NCBI RefSeq assembly: GCF_900232105.1
Contig: NZ_LT934425.1
Location: 4,230,001-4,262,000, forward strand
Direction: 5' to 3'
Length of the DNA: 32,000 nucleotides
From: Candidatus Kuenenia stuttgartensis
GTDB taxonomy: Bacteria; Planctomycetota; Brocadiia; Brocadiales; Brocadiaceae
Shown: positions 1 through 8,571 of the stretch, in pieces
Layout of the letters: every line of letters starts with the position of its first letter
Numbering within the stretch: the first letter of the stretch is position 1
The notes under the pieces: model-generated
Database searches by the model: none
What the model saw: the letters and a program-made list of their open reading frames with translations, nothing else
Told to the model about the DNA's origin: nothing
Program-made: the position numbers and the translations under genes

Positions 1-300
1 AGTCTTTTGAGAGTGGTAAGTATACCGCAGATGGAGACAGTACATCCCTATCTTGATTTTCATTGCATCAGAGAGCACGTTTCCGACAATTTCCCATGTC
101 TTTTTGTTTAAAGTAGTATAGCCAAACAAATATGATTTTAGAGATTTGGCGATAAAATGGCTTTCTAAAAAACAGATTTATTTGACTAGGCATATTATCA
201 AACACACCCCTAAATCCCCTCTTGATAGAGGGGACTTCTTATCTCCCCTCTAAAAAGAGGGGCCGGGGGTGTGTAAATTTTTCGAAAACCTTATTTGTTT

Positions 301-801
301 GACTATATAATCATCTTTTTTCATCGGAAACTGCCGAAAAGATTCTCCTGTGCCTTCTCCTTCAGTTCCCGTAAGTTTAAAGAAATCGCAAGATAATGAA
401 GGAACCTCAATACTATAATGAATGCGCCAAAGACTTCCTGTTTTCCCAGGTTCCTTTACTGTTGTTGCATCAAATAAGCGAAGATGAAAATTATTCCGTT
501 TATTAATTTGGAGGCCACGCTCACGGAATAAAGATAAACATAATTTATATAGCCATTCTTTGCTCTTTTTTAATCGCTTTAATAAGGCAACATCGGATAA
601 ATCTGCTAAGTTAGCACGCTTGGCTCGAACTACTGTTTCACGCAATGAATAGCCACATCCTAAATGAATTAATAATGTTCGAAGAAGCTTTTCTTCAGAT
701 TTATCCTTGCGCAAGCCTTTTAAAGCATTTGTATCAACGGCTAAACTTTTCCAATCGTTTGGGAAGAAAGTTCTTAGAAGATCCCAATCTTCTCTCATCA
801 T
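301..801 (-). pseudogene. IS4-family transposase, N-terminal fragment (3'-truncated)
   Basis: Translation MMREDWDLLRTFFPNDWKSLAVDTNAL...YSLRETVVRAKRANLADLSDVALLKRLKKSKEWLYKL...LFDATTVKEPGKTGSLWRIHYS...GESFRQFPMKKDDYIV matches the N-terminal part of IS4-type transposases. Similarity stops abruptly and the ORF runs into intergenic repeat sequence (ORF track 250..801). Confidence 0.8.
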
Positions 802-892
802 GGCTTTATCCTCCTATAGAGTGATTAGCGGGATAATTAATATAAAAATACCATGATGAATAAAATTTGTCAATAAAACAAGTTAGCGCTTA

Positions 893-1084
893 TGCCCCCT
901 GCACCCCCGCCAGCGGGGGACATTGTTTGAACAACAGGGGCATTCCCGATTTTTGGTTAACTAATTGTACATTGTAACACAAGCATCCTGCTTGTGGCAT
1001 TTTACCCTCAAGCTGGAAGCTTGAGTTACTATTCTTTCCCTCCCCGCTAATGGCATTTTTACAAAAAATCGGGGATGCTCCCGT
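893..1084. repeat. ~190-bp dispersed repeat, copy 1, containing element bounded by GCATTCCCGATTTTT...AAAAATCGGGGATGC
   Basis: Near-identical to ~8105-8298: 'cccctgcacccccgccagcgggggaca..gtttgaacaacag.ggcattcccgatttttggttaactaattgtacattgtaacacaagca.cctgcttgtggcattttaccctcaa.ctggaagctt' etc. Confidence 0.85.
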
Positions 1085-1146
1085 TTTGTGAGAGGCTTGG
1101 GGGGTGAAACTCCCCCTTGCCTATTCGGTGCCTTTGTGTAAAAAAA

Positions 1147-1422
1147 GTAACACTTTAGTTTTTTGAAAAATTCCCGGTATAGAAAAAATACCATGTAGCC
1201 CCGTTAGGGGCGGTCTGTTTGTAGCACAATAAAATTCAATAGAGTAAATAGCTCCGTAGGAGCGGCCTGTCCATATTCAGGCAGACCTGTTTAATATGGA
1301 TTTACAAGAGACAGGTCGCTCCTAACGGAGCTAATATCTGTTATAATATCCTATTTTGCTACAAACAGGCTGCTCCTACGGAGCTTATAGGTAATACGTT
1401 TTTCAAAAGACTAAAATGTTAC
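1147..1422. repeat. MITE-like element with GTAACACTTTAGTTTTTTGAAAAA-type ends and nested inner inverted repeats
   Basis: Left end gtaacactttagttttttgaaaaa (1147-1170), right end ttttcaaaagactaaaatgttac (to 1422). Inside, 1197-1226 pairs with 1357-1385 (agccccgttaggggcggtctgtttgtagca / tgctacaaacaggctgctcctacggagct), and 1250-1272 pairs with 1310-1332. Confidence 0.7.
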
Positions 1423-1458
1423 TAAAAAAAAGATTTTCGGACTAAAATTCCTATACAT

Positions 1459-2418
1459 TTAAGGCATTTGTTTTGGGAAGTTCTGCCTGATTTCCTGTAA
1501 AATTTTATCACCGCCATTGTCCAGCATCCTTTGAGCAAGTTCGTTTCCAACCGCAGCCGCTTGATTAGCAGGTCCCTTGTGACTGTCCCGTATAGTACGT
1601 TCTCCGTCAAGCGTACAGATAACCGCTTCGAGGTGTACTTCATCATTAAGCACTTTTGCATGTGCTCCAATAGGTACCTGGCATCCACCCTGGAGTTTCG
1701 CCAATAAAGCACGTTCCGCCTCTACTGCAATCCTGGTGTGCAGATCATCCATTTTCGATAGTATTTTATTTATCCGTTCATCATCTTTGCGTATTTCTAT
1801 TCCGAGTGACCCTTGTCCTACGGCGGGTAACATAATTTCGAAAGGAATGATTTCGCTGATCTGTCCGGTATAGCCTATCCTTATCAAACCTGCATGGGCA
1901 ACGATAATACCATCTAAATCGTCAGCCTCGAGTTTTTTTAGACGGGTATCAAGATTGCCCCGAAGATCTACAATTTCAAAATCTGGCCTTAACGCAAGGA
2001 GTTGTGCCTTTCTGCGCAGGCTGCTGGTGCCGATACGCGCATTTCCAGGCAGTCTTTCAAGGGTGACGTTTTTCGCGCTTATGAGAACGTCGCTGGGATC
2101 AACCCGCTTTGGCATTGCACCGAGTGTTAATTTCTCAGACACCTCTGTAGGAATGTCTTTTGCGCTATGCACCGCAAGATCAATTTTCTCCTTAATCAAG
2201 GCAACTTCAAGTTCCTTGGTAAAAACGCCAACGCCTCCCAGACGTGACAACGGCACATCGGTAATCTTATCTCCGCTGGTAGATATTTTTTTTATTTCAA
2301 ATTCAACACCGGGGTTTAATTTCTTGAGCTCTGAAATAACCCAATTTGTCTGGGTCAATGCAAGCTTACTTCCCCGCGATCCAACGATAATAGGTTTTCC
2401 TTTTGGCAATGCAAACAC
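1459..2418 (-). CDS. hemC: Porphobilinogen deaminase (hydroxymethylbilane synthase)
   Basis: 319 aa with IIVGSRGSKLALTQTNWV, KISTSGDKI, GGVGVFTKELEVALIKEKIDLAVHSAKDIPTEV, IGTSSLRRKAQLLALRPDFEIVDLRGNLDTRLKKL, AVGQGSLGIE and the cofactor-attachment region LQGGCQVPIGAHA. Confidence 0.97.
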   Translation of the reverse strand: MFALPKGKPIIVGSRGSKLALTQTNWVISELKKLNPGVEFEIKKISTSGDKITDVPLSRLGGVGVFTKELEVALIKEKIDLAVHSAKDIPTEVSEKLTLGAMPKRVDPSDVLISAKNVTLERLPGNARIGTSSLRRKAQLLALRPDFEIVDLRGNLDTRLKKLEADDLDGIIVAHAGLIRIGYTGQISEIIPFEIMLPAVGQGSLGIEIRKDDERINKILSKMDDLHTRIAVEAERALLAKLQGGCQVPIGAHAKVLNDEVHLEAVICTLDGERTIRDSHKGPANQAAAVGNELAQRMLDNGGDKILQEIRQNFPKQMP

Positions 2419-2527
2419 GCTCCATTTAAAAGGTTAAATAGTAATAACATGCACATGTATTTTTAACTTTATTTAGTGTTCCGATAATAGCATAATATAG
2501 TGTATGAGTCAAACTCCTTTGTTAACG

Positions 2528-2656
2528 GTAGGGGCGAAGCATTTGTCCGCTTTGAGTATGAACGCGTTTATGTCAATTTGTAGCAAATGCTTCGCCCCTA
2601 CACTATGCGGCAAAACAGCTCCATTATTGGAATTTTTCAAAAAACTAAATTGTTAC
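2528..2656. repeat. Hairpin repeat (GTAGGGGCGAAGCATTTG... core) plus right end of the GTAACACTTTAG-type family
   Basis: gtaggggcgaagcatttgtccg...gcaaatgcttcgcccctac followed by actatgcggcaaaacagctccattattggaatttttcaaaaaactaaattgttac; related to 30852-31002 and to ~28464-28552. Confidence 0.75.
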
Positions 2657-2708
2657 CGGGAAATGATAAAGTCAGTCGTCTTTTCATTTTCGATAAAGGA
2701 AGGAATTT

Positions 2709-4538
2709 ATGAAAACCAGCATATTCAAAAGAATTCTTTATAGTTTGTTATTATGTATCGTTATTCAAAAGGTTTCGTTTGCAGACGCTCTTCCCTTCAG
2801 AGTATATGTGGAGGACGTACCGGGTGAGGTTTTCGTTGGAGATCAAATCCCCATAACTCTAATCATTGCCATTGATACTGGCCATTACATTTACAAGGAT
2901 CAGGTAAAAATGGTAAGCAGCGAACCGTATCTCTATGAGGTTTTCTTTACAAAACTTCCTGAAGGAAAAACAAAAATAGATCCCTTTCTGGAGAAAGAGG
3001 TAAGTTTTTACGAAGGACAGGTCGCGATAGCTGCGTATGTACAATTGACGGATAATGTGCCTGAAGGCCCTTATACGATTCGCCTGAAGGTAAACTATCA
3101 GGGGTGTTCGGAGACAATTTGTTTCGCCCCAAAGACAGAGGAATTACTCTTGCCGTTAAAAATCAATTCCTCTCAGAACATGACATTCACGGGGAAAACC
3201 GAAGATGTTTCGCGTGTATTGCAAAAAGAGGAAGTAACGTCGGATGTGAGCGATATACAGAAAACCATCGAGGATAAGGGGCTTATTTTATCATTTATTT
3301 TTATTTTCCTGGCAGGAATAGGCTTAAGCTTTACCCCATGTGTATATCCAATGATTCCCATTACCGTGGCGGTAATTGGCGGACAGGCTTCCGGCGAGCA
3401 GCAGGGAAGAAGAAATTCCCTGAGGGCATTCCTACTGTCATTGATTTATGTGCTGGGCATTTCCATTGTATATGCTGCGTTGGGAGTAACGGCAGCATCA
3501 ACCGGCGCACTGTTCGGCGCCGCATTACAAAGCCCGTGGGTTATTGGTTTTGTTGTGGCGGTATTTGTAGCGCTCGCAATGAGTATGTTTGGATTTTACT
3601 ACTTGCGTGTCCCGTCTTTTATTTCAGACAGGCTTGGCGGTAAAACAGGAAGGGGCGTTGCCGGTGTTTTTGTCATGGGTTTGATTTCAGGGATTATCGC
3701 TTCGCCGTGTATAGGCCCTATTCTTGCAAGTTTACTGGTATATATTGCGAGTACGGGAAATATCTTTTTAGGTTTCTGGATGCTGTTTGTCTTTGCGTGG
3801 GGATTGGGCGTTCTCCTTATCGTGCTGGGGACTTTTTCAGGCGCAGTAAAGGCGCTTCCCAGGTCCGGCGCGTGGATGGAAACCGTTGAGCGGATATTCG
3901 GTTTTCTTTTGATAGGAGCTGCTTTTTATTACCTGCGGCTCATTATTCCCGAAGGCGCTTTTATTACTTTACTCGGCATTTTCCTGATTGTTGTCTCGGT
4001 TTTTTCGGGGGGTTTTGATAAATTAACATTTGACAGCTCTCGTTTTCAGCGTACCAGGAAATCATTTGGTCTGTTAGCATTTATCTTCGGAGTATATTTT
4101 TTACTTGGATATATGGTAAACAAAGGATTCATTTTACCGCCGCTATTCACTGATACAAATACCAGAATTGGCAGTGTGAACAACGCGGAAATACATTGGA
4201 TTACAAATGAAAAAGAGGGTTTGGAAATAGCAAAAAAGGAAGGGAAGACGGCAATAATTGATTTCTGGGCGTCGTGGTGTTCTGCCTGCATGGAATTAGA
4301 AAAAATCACGTATGTTGATCCGCAGGTAATAGAGGAGTCGAAGAAATTTGTCAATATTAAGATAGATGCTACAAACGCAGAAGATCCGGAAATAAAAAAA
4401 CTTTGGAAAAAATACAAGGTTGTCGGTTTGCCAACGATAGTGTTCGTTAATAAGGACGGCGTAGTCCTGAAGGACAAAACAATAACGGGTTTTGTCGATG
4501 CAAAAAAATATTTGCAAGCGCTAAAAAGTGTGGAATAG
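2709..4538 (+). CDS. dsbD: Thiol:disulfide interchange protein DsbD (N-terminal domain, multi-TM core, C-terminal thioredoxin domain)
   Basis: 609 aa. Signal peptide, N-domain with CSETICFAPKTEE, TM domain with LSFTPCVYPMIPIT and ASPCIGPILASLL, C-terminal thioredoxin motif IIDFWASWCSACMELEK...GLPTIVFVNKDG. Confidence 0.96.
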   Translation: MKTSIFKRILYSLLLCIVIQKVSFADALPFRVYVEDVPGEVFVGDQIPITLIIAIDTGHYIYKDQVKMVSSEPYLYEVFFTKLPEGKTKIDPFLEKEVSFYEGQVAIAAYVQLTDNVPEGPYTIRLKVNYQGCSETICFAPKTEELLLPLKINSSQNMTFTGKTEDVSRVLQKEEVTSDVSDIQKTIEDKGLILSFIFIFLAGIGLSFTPCVYPMIPITVAVIGGQASGEQQGRRNSLRAFLLSLIYVLGISIVYAALGVTAASTGALFGAALQSPWVIGFVVAVFVALAMSMFGFYYLRVPSFISDRLGGKTGRGVAGVFVMGLISGIIASPCIGPILASLLVYIASTGNIFLGFWMLFVFAWGLGVLLIVLGTFSGAVKALPRSGAWMETVERIFGFLLIGAAFYYLRLIIPEGAFITLLGIFLIVVSVFSGGFDKLTFDSSRFQRTRKSFGLLAFIFGVYFLLGYMVNKGFILPPLFTDTNTRIGSVNNAEIHWITNEKEGLEIAKKEGKTAIIDFWASWCSACMELEKITYVDPQVIEESKKFVNIKIDATNAEDPEIKKLWKKYKVVGLPTIVFVNKDGVVLKDKTITGFVDAKKYLQALKSVE

Positions 4539-4741
4539 CGCTAGTTGGCGAACGGATAGGTTTTATTTTGAAATTTTTTATAATCTTTGGCAAATAGTAT
4601 GCTTAATGTCCTCTCAAAATGTAATTTATTTAAAAACACGAACTCCGAAGTAGTATAAACGGGACAAACGGAAAAAACTGCACTGCAGAAACCAAACATT
4701 TTAGGCCAATATGAATACTGCTTTATAAACAGACTACTAAA

Positions 4742-5029
4742 ATGACACTGGCTGGAAATACTCTGATTTCTCGTGATAAGATGATACAATATTTATTAGT
4801 TCCGGGAAAACGAAATGATAAATCACAATGGTTATCCAGGGCAGGATACACTCTTTAAAACTGGTATTTGCTGAAAAATGGCTTGCATAATCAGATTTTA
4901 TCGCTTGATGCCATATCCATTGAAAATACACAATACGGTCAAATGTATAAAACCAAAGGCACATTAACCGGGCCGAATGGAAAAAATTTGACAGTACATA
5001 TAAATTATTTGAAGAAATTGTTTTATTAA
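4742..5029 (+). pseudogene. DUF6883-like protein, interrupted by one in-frame stop and 3'-truncated
   Basis: Frame starting at ATG 4742: MTLAGNTLISRDKMIQYLLVPGKRNDKSQWLSRAGYTL*NWYLLKNGLHNQILSLDAISIENTQYGQMYKTKGTLTGPNGKNLTVHINYLKKLFY*. The TAA is at 4856-4858. The layout resembles DUF6883 proteins. Confidence 0.6.
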
Positions 5030-5243
5030 AAGATATCCCTGAAAAAAATTGCAGAAAGGCGACGTTGCTACTATTGTTGAGTATCACCCTGTTTCTAAGG
5101 GTGAAGATGGATATTCTTTAGAAGTATTTAATGCACCTGGAGACACCATAGCTGTGATAACGGTACCTGTGTCGGCAATTGAGCCTTTAGCAGAAAACGA
5201 GATTTTTAGTATTCGTACATTGGTGGTAGAAGGAAAAGATTAA
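5002..5243 (+). pseudogene. DUF4926-like small protein, apparently frameshifted in an A7 run
   Basis: Frame 1 KLFEEIVLLKDIPEK (5002-5046) continues as LQKGDVATIVEYHPVSKGEDGYSLEVFNAPGDTIAVITVPVSAIEPLAENEIFSIRTLVVEGKD from TTG 5049 if one A is added to the run at 5042-5048. Confidence 0.65.
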
Positions 5244-5310
5244 GAGACAGGGTAAATCTTCATAATTCGTAACACTTTCGTTTTATTTGAGTTTTATTGT
5301 TTTATAGGGT

Positions 5311-5512
5311 GCATTCCCGATTTTTTGTATATCTTCACACATTTTGTTTTTTTACAAAGAATTGTAATACTTTAGTCCTATGAAAAAAAACGCTCGTTCC
5401 CAAGCTCCGCAGACTGGGTCATAAATGTTTTTTATTTGACTCAGTCTGGGAGCTTGGGAACGAGCATTTTTGTTTTTCAAAAATCTAAACTGTTACAAAA
5501 AATCAGGAATGC
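5311..5512. repeat. Nested inverted-repeat composite (GCATTCCCGATTTTTTGTA outer ends; GTAA(C/T)ACTTTAG-type inner ends; GCTCGTTCCCAAGCTCC core hairpin)
   Basis: Outer arms gcattcccgattttttgta (5311-5329) / ttacaaaaaatcaggaatgc (5493-5512). Inner ends gtaatactttag... (5364) / ...tttttcaaaaatctaaactgttac (5496). Core arms ~5392-5421 / 5437-5465. Confidence 0.8.
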
Positions 5513-5597
5513 TCCCCCGTTTTATATCTGCGAACTGCGCAACACTTTTTTATTGATGTCTCCTTACGACAAATTCTGCGACATCCGTGGAATAGCT

Positions 5598-7163
5598 TTA
5601 GTTAACCTTCACGGTCATTGATTTCTTCAAACAACCTACCTTAAATTTGACCTTTGCAGTTCCTTTCTTTTTCATTGCGGTTATGGTAAATGCCGCCTGA
5701 CCATTGAAGTCTGTGATACCACTGGACGGTGAAACCGATACCTGCTTCCTGCCCGCCTTATTTACTGTTACATTTATTGTCTCGCCTTCGGACGGAGAAT
5801 CGTATTCGCCTGTTATCGTTACCGTCACTTCACTACCTTCCTGCCTGGCAAGTGTCAATTCTTTAGGAGATATTGTTATCGACCCCAGGCATTTCGAATC
5901 CCGAAATTGAGAAACCGTTAGTTTGACTTTGTTTATCGAACGGGCATTATTGGCATTATCAGTGCCGGTAGCAAATCCTTCATAGGATACATCCGGATTC
6001 GAAAAATAGTTGACCCTCGTGCCATTGCACGTAGCCATGACAGACCTATAAGGATAAAAGCAATAGCCGTATGAATATTCAAATACACCCGTAGCCGAGT
6101 ATGCGTCATCATGTCCGCACCCCATATTGTGTCCCATTTCATGGGCCAGGGTTTGGTCTGAACAATACGAATACGAATACCAAGAACCACTGCCAGAACT
6201 AATTTCGCCTACCTGTACCACTGAAAATGCCCAATTTTCAAACGAGCTACTCAGTGACGTCATTTGCCATGCTCTGCCACAAACATCGTTACCGGACGTG
6301 TAAACCCTCAACAAAACAACAAGATCAGCGCCCAAACGATTGCGCAGGTCCGCCACGTCTGAAAAAACGCCACTCCCGTACGTTAAATCACTGAGGGCGT
6401 CCGCCGTTGTTCCGCTGTCTTCATAATCAACCTCCTCTATTCCGACAACCCGTGCAGTAAGGCCAATTTCGCTGTTTACATAGGAAGCGTTTGCTACACC
6501 GGCCAGATAACTAATCTGGGCAATAAGCTCATCACCCGGATATGCCTCCGCAAAACCATTCGTATATAAAACAAGCACGTCAAAAACCGATCCGTCATCT
6601 CTTTTTTCGGAAGAAGAACTATCCTTGATCTCTTTGTCATTCAATTTATCATAATGCGGAATCGAGCCACCGTCGTCTATGGGAGCGGCTTTTTCCGGAT
6701 CGAGCTTAAAGACCCGGTGCGTGTTTGCGCCTCTGACAGGTACTATCTTGTAAACCTCGTCTTTCAGCTCAATCTGCCCAAAAAGGGCATCGCCGCAAAC
6801 CGACATAATGATCGATCCTTCCCGACCTTCAGGCTTTCCAATCCATGTCACGCTTTCCTTCAACCCCCGAAGAAATGCAGTGCGTCTGACAACAATGCTA
6901 TGTTCCAGAAAATCCATGCGCACCTTTTCATATGCTTCAATTTCTGATTTCAAAGGAATAAGGTTGATAATAACTTCCTGCTGACTGTCAGACATTGCAA
7001 CGCCAAATACTGCATCATCAGATGTTAAATTCCCGGACACGGCAGAGGTAAAGAGGGAAACAATTTCTTCATTGCCGGCATGCACATTTAGAGACATAGC
7101 CAACAGGAAAACAACATACCACAGCATTTTTAATTGCAAAATTGTATTTTTGGGTTTAGGCAT
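5598..7163 (-). CDS. Secreted zinc metalloprotease (reprolysin/M12B-like) with C-terminal Ig-like domain
   Basis: 521 aa. Signal peptide (MLWYVVFLLAMSLNVHA); zinc motif AHEMGHNMGCGHDD (HExxHxxGxxHD) followed by the downstream met-turn region RSVMATC. C-terminal ~90 aa ISPKELTLARQEGSEVTVTITG... resembles an Ig-like repeat. Confidence 0.85.
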   Translation of the reverse strand: MPKPKNTILQLKMLWYVVFLLAMSLNVHAGNEEIVSLFTSAVSGNLTSDDAVFGVAMSDSQQEVIINLIPLKSEIEAYEKVRMDFLEHSIVVRRTAFLRGLKESVTWIGKPEGREGSIIMSVCGDALFGQIELKDEVYKIVPVRGANTHRVFKLDPEKAAPIDDGGSIPHYDKLNDKEIKDSSSSEKRDDGSVFDVLVLYTNGFAEAYPGDELIAQISYLAGVANASYVNSEIGLTARVVGIEEVDYEDSGTTADALSDLTYGSGVFSDVADLRNRLGADLVVLLRVYTSGNDVCGRAWQMTSLSSSFENWAFSVVQVGEISSGSGSWYSYSYCSDQTLAHEMGHNMGCGHDDAYSATGVFEYSYGYCFYPYRSVMATCNGTRVNYFSNPDVSYEGFATGTDNANNARSINKVKLTVSQFRDSKCLGSITISPKELTLARQEGSEVTVTITGEYDSPSEGETINVTVNKAGRKQVSVSPSSGITDFNGQAAFTITAMKKKGTAKVKFKVGCLKKSMTVKVN

Positions 7164-7193
7164 AACTCCATTTCCTTTTCAATCACATTGTAT

Positions 7194-7222
7194 TGCAGAG
7201 CGAAGCGGCGCTTCGCTCTACA
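7194..7222. repeat. REP-like palindrome (GAGCGAAGCGGCGCTTCGCTC)
   Basis: tgcagagcgaagcggcgcttcgctctaca, near-perfect palindrome, same family as 7452-7482. Confidence 0.8.
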
Positions 7223-7249
7223 TGCTTTCCATTCTGCACCACATGCGCC

Positions 7250-7451
7250 TTATACCACATGTACGTACTGATCACAGCTTGAGACCAAGCCAGTCTTTAC
7301 AGGATTGTATAAAACATAACTTACAATCCGTTCCGGTTCCTTTCCATCACGCACAACATGGTCATAGCTTTCGTGCTGCCAGAAGGCGCCACTGCGGTTG
7401 AGGAGTTTGTTTGCTTCCCTTGCCATGTATGACTTTAATGATTGCAGAATT
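7250..7451 (-). pseudogene. RAYT / REP-associated tyrosine transposase (Y1_Tnp, IS200-like), C-terminal fragment
   Basis: KILQSLKSYMAREANKLLNRSGAFWQHESYDHVVRDGKEPERIVSYVLYNPVKTGL matches the conserved C-terminal part of RAYT proteins. The N-terminal Y1 part is absent; the upstream end abuts the palindrome at 7452. Confidence 0.85.
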
Positions 7452-7482
7452 TTGTAGAGCGAAGTGCCACTTCGCTCTACAA
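7452..7482. repeat. Perfect REP-like palindrome TTGTAGAGCGAAGTG-C-CACTTCGCTCTACAA
   Basis: 15-nt arms, 1-nt centre, exactly at the truncated edge of the RAYT remnant. Confidence 0.9.
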
Positions 7483-7664
7483 AAAAATGTTGCCAAATGC
7501 CTGATTTACCGGTAAAGAATTTCAAATTGGTAGCGCGACCGTCTCGGTTGCGCAAAAAAGTTGGCCGAAGACCTTATTAAATGCCCAGAAATTTATTCAG
7601 CAGCCTTTCTTCTGTCGTTTTCGACCAGAATATACACTAAGACGTTGCCCTAAACGAAGTGCAA

Positions 7665-7745
7665 AAATGACTATTCCTAAAAATGGTTATTCATGATAAT
7701 TTGTCAATAATAAAGATTTGATTCCTCCATATAATTCAACTCCTT
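7665..7745. repeat. ~75-bp dispersed direct repeat, copy 1
   Basis: attcctaaaaatggttattcatgataatttgtcaataataaagatttgattcctccatat vs ~10103-10165 gttcctaaaaatggttattcatggcaatttgtcaataataaaaatttgacacctccatat. Confidence 0.75.
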
Positions 7746-8104
7746 TCCACTACCTATAATCACTAAACAAAATAGTGCCTGTCCCTATTTGCCCCTTAAC
7801 ATGAGCATTCCCGATTTTTTGTAACCGTTTGTGTGATTGGGGCAAAACAACGCTGCAAGGGATGTGGCAAGCCTGTCCCCCCGCTGGCGGGGGATTAAGG
7901 GGGTGGAATTGTATGCGGAGGAAATCTGGGAGGTTTATAACATGAATAGCCATAAATTTTTCTTCTCATTCCTACGTTCTGCGGGAATGCATGTCACGAA
8001 ACAGGATAAAATTGTCCATTTGACCAGTCTGCGGAGCGTGGGAAAGAGGGTCAAATTTATTTTCATAATAAAGGGGTAGTTGAATCGATGGAGAAATCCA
8101 GTCC

Positions 8105-8298
8105 ACCCCCTGCACCCCCGCCAGCGGGGGACATAGTTTGAACAACAGGCGCATTCCCGATTTTTGGTTAACTAATTGTACATTGTAACACAAGCACCCT
8201 GCTTGTGGCATTTTACCCTCAAACTGGAAGCTTGTGTTACTATTCCTTCACCTCCCCCCGCTAATGGCATTTTTACAAAAAATCGGGAATGCTCCCCC
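8105..8298. repeat. ~190-bp dispersed repeat, copy 2
   Basis: Near-identical to 893-1084 in the same orientation; inner ends gcattcccgattttt (8151) / aaaaaatcgggaatgc (8292). Confidence 0.85.
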
Positions 8299-8571
8299 CT
8301 TAACCACTAACCACACTTAATCACAGATCAAGGTTTGATACCAACACATGACCCTATTCGGTATCCTTACGCAACGCTTTTTGTATACCTTCAGGTTAAC
8401 TTCACTAAAACTTTTTCACACAACAATCAGAAACGGAGAAATCAAATACGTTAAACCCGATTCATGCCCGATCCAGCCCTGAAAATGTGGAGAAATGATT
8501 AAAATTATTCCTGCCCAACCGGAGGAACTCGCTACATCAAAATCAAAGACCCCCATTCCCCGTAAGCTGAA

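Noticed and set aside
961-1194. 77-aa ORF
   Set aside because: Lies entirely in dispersed repeat sequence (893-1084 unit and element end).
2504-2743. 79-aa ORF upstream of and overlapping dsbD
   Set aside because: Its translation is mostly the hairpin repeat (AKHLSALSMNAF...CSKCFAPT) and the GTAACACTTTAG-type end; not a gene.
3338-4789. ORFs overlapping or antisense to dsbD (3338..3643 +, 4046..4477 -, 4541..4789 -)
   Set aside because: dsbD explains the region with recognisable motifs; the alternatives have no family signature. 4541..4789 is antisense to the start of the DUF6883-like remnant.
7750-8211. Short ORFs 7750..7953, 7837..8079, 7972..8211
   Set aside because: Composed of intergenic repeat sequence (cccccgctggcggggg hairpins and GCATTCCCGATTTTT ends) with no protein signature.
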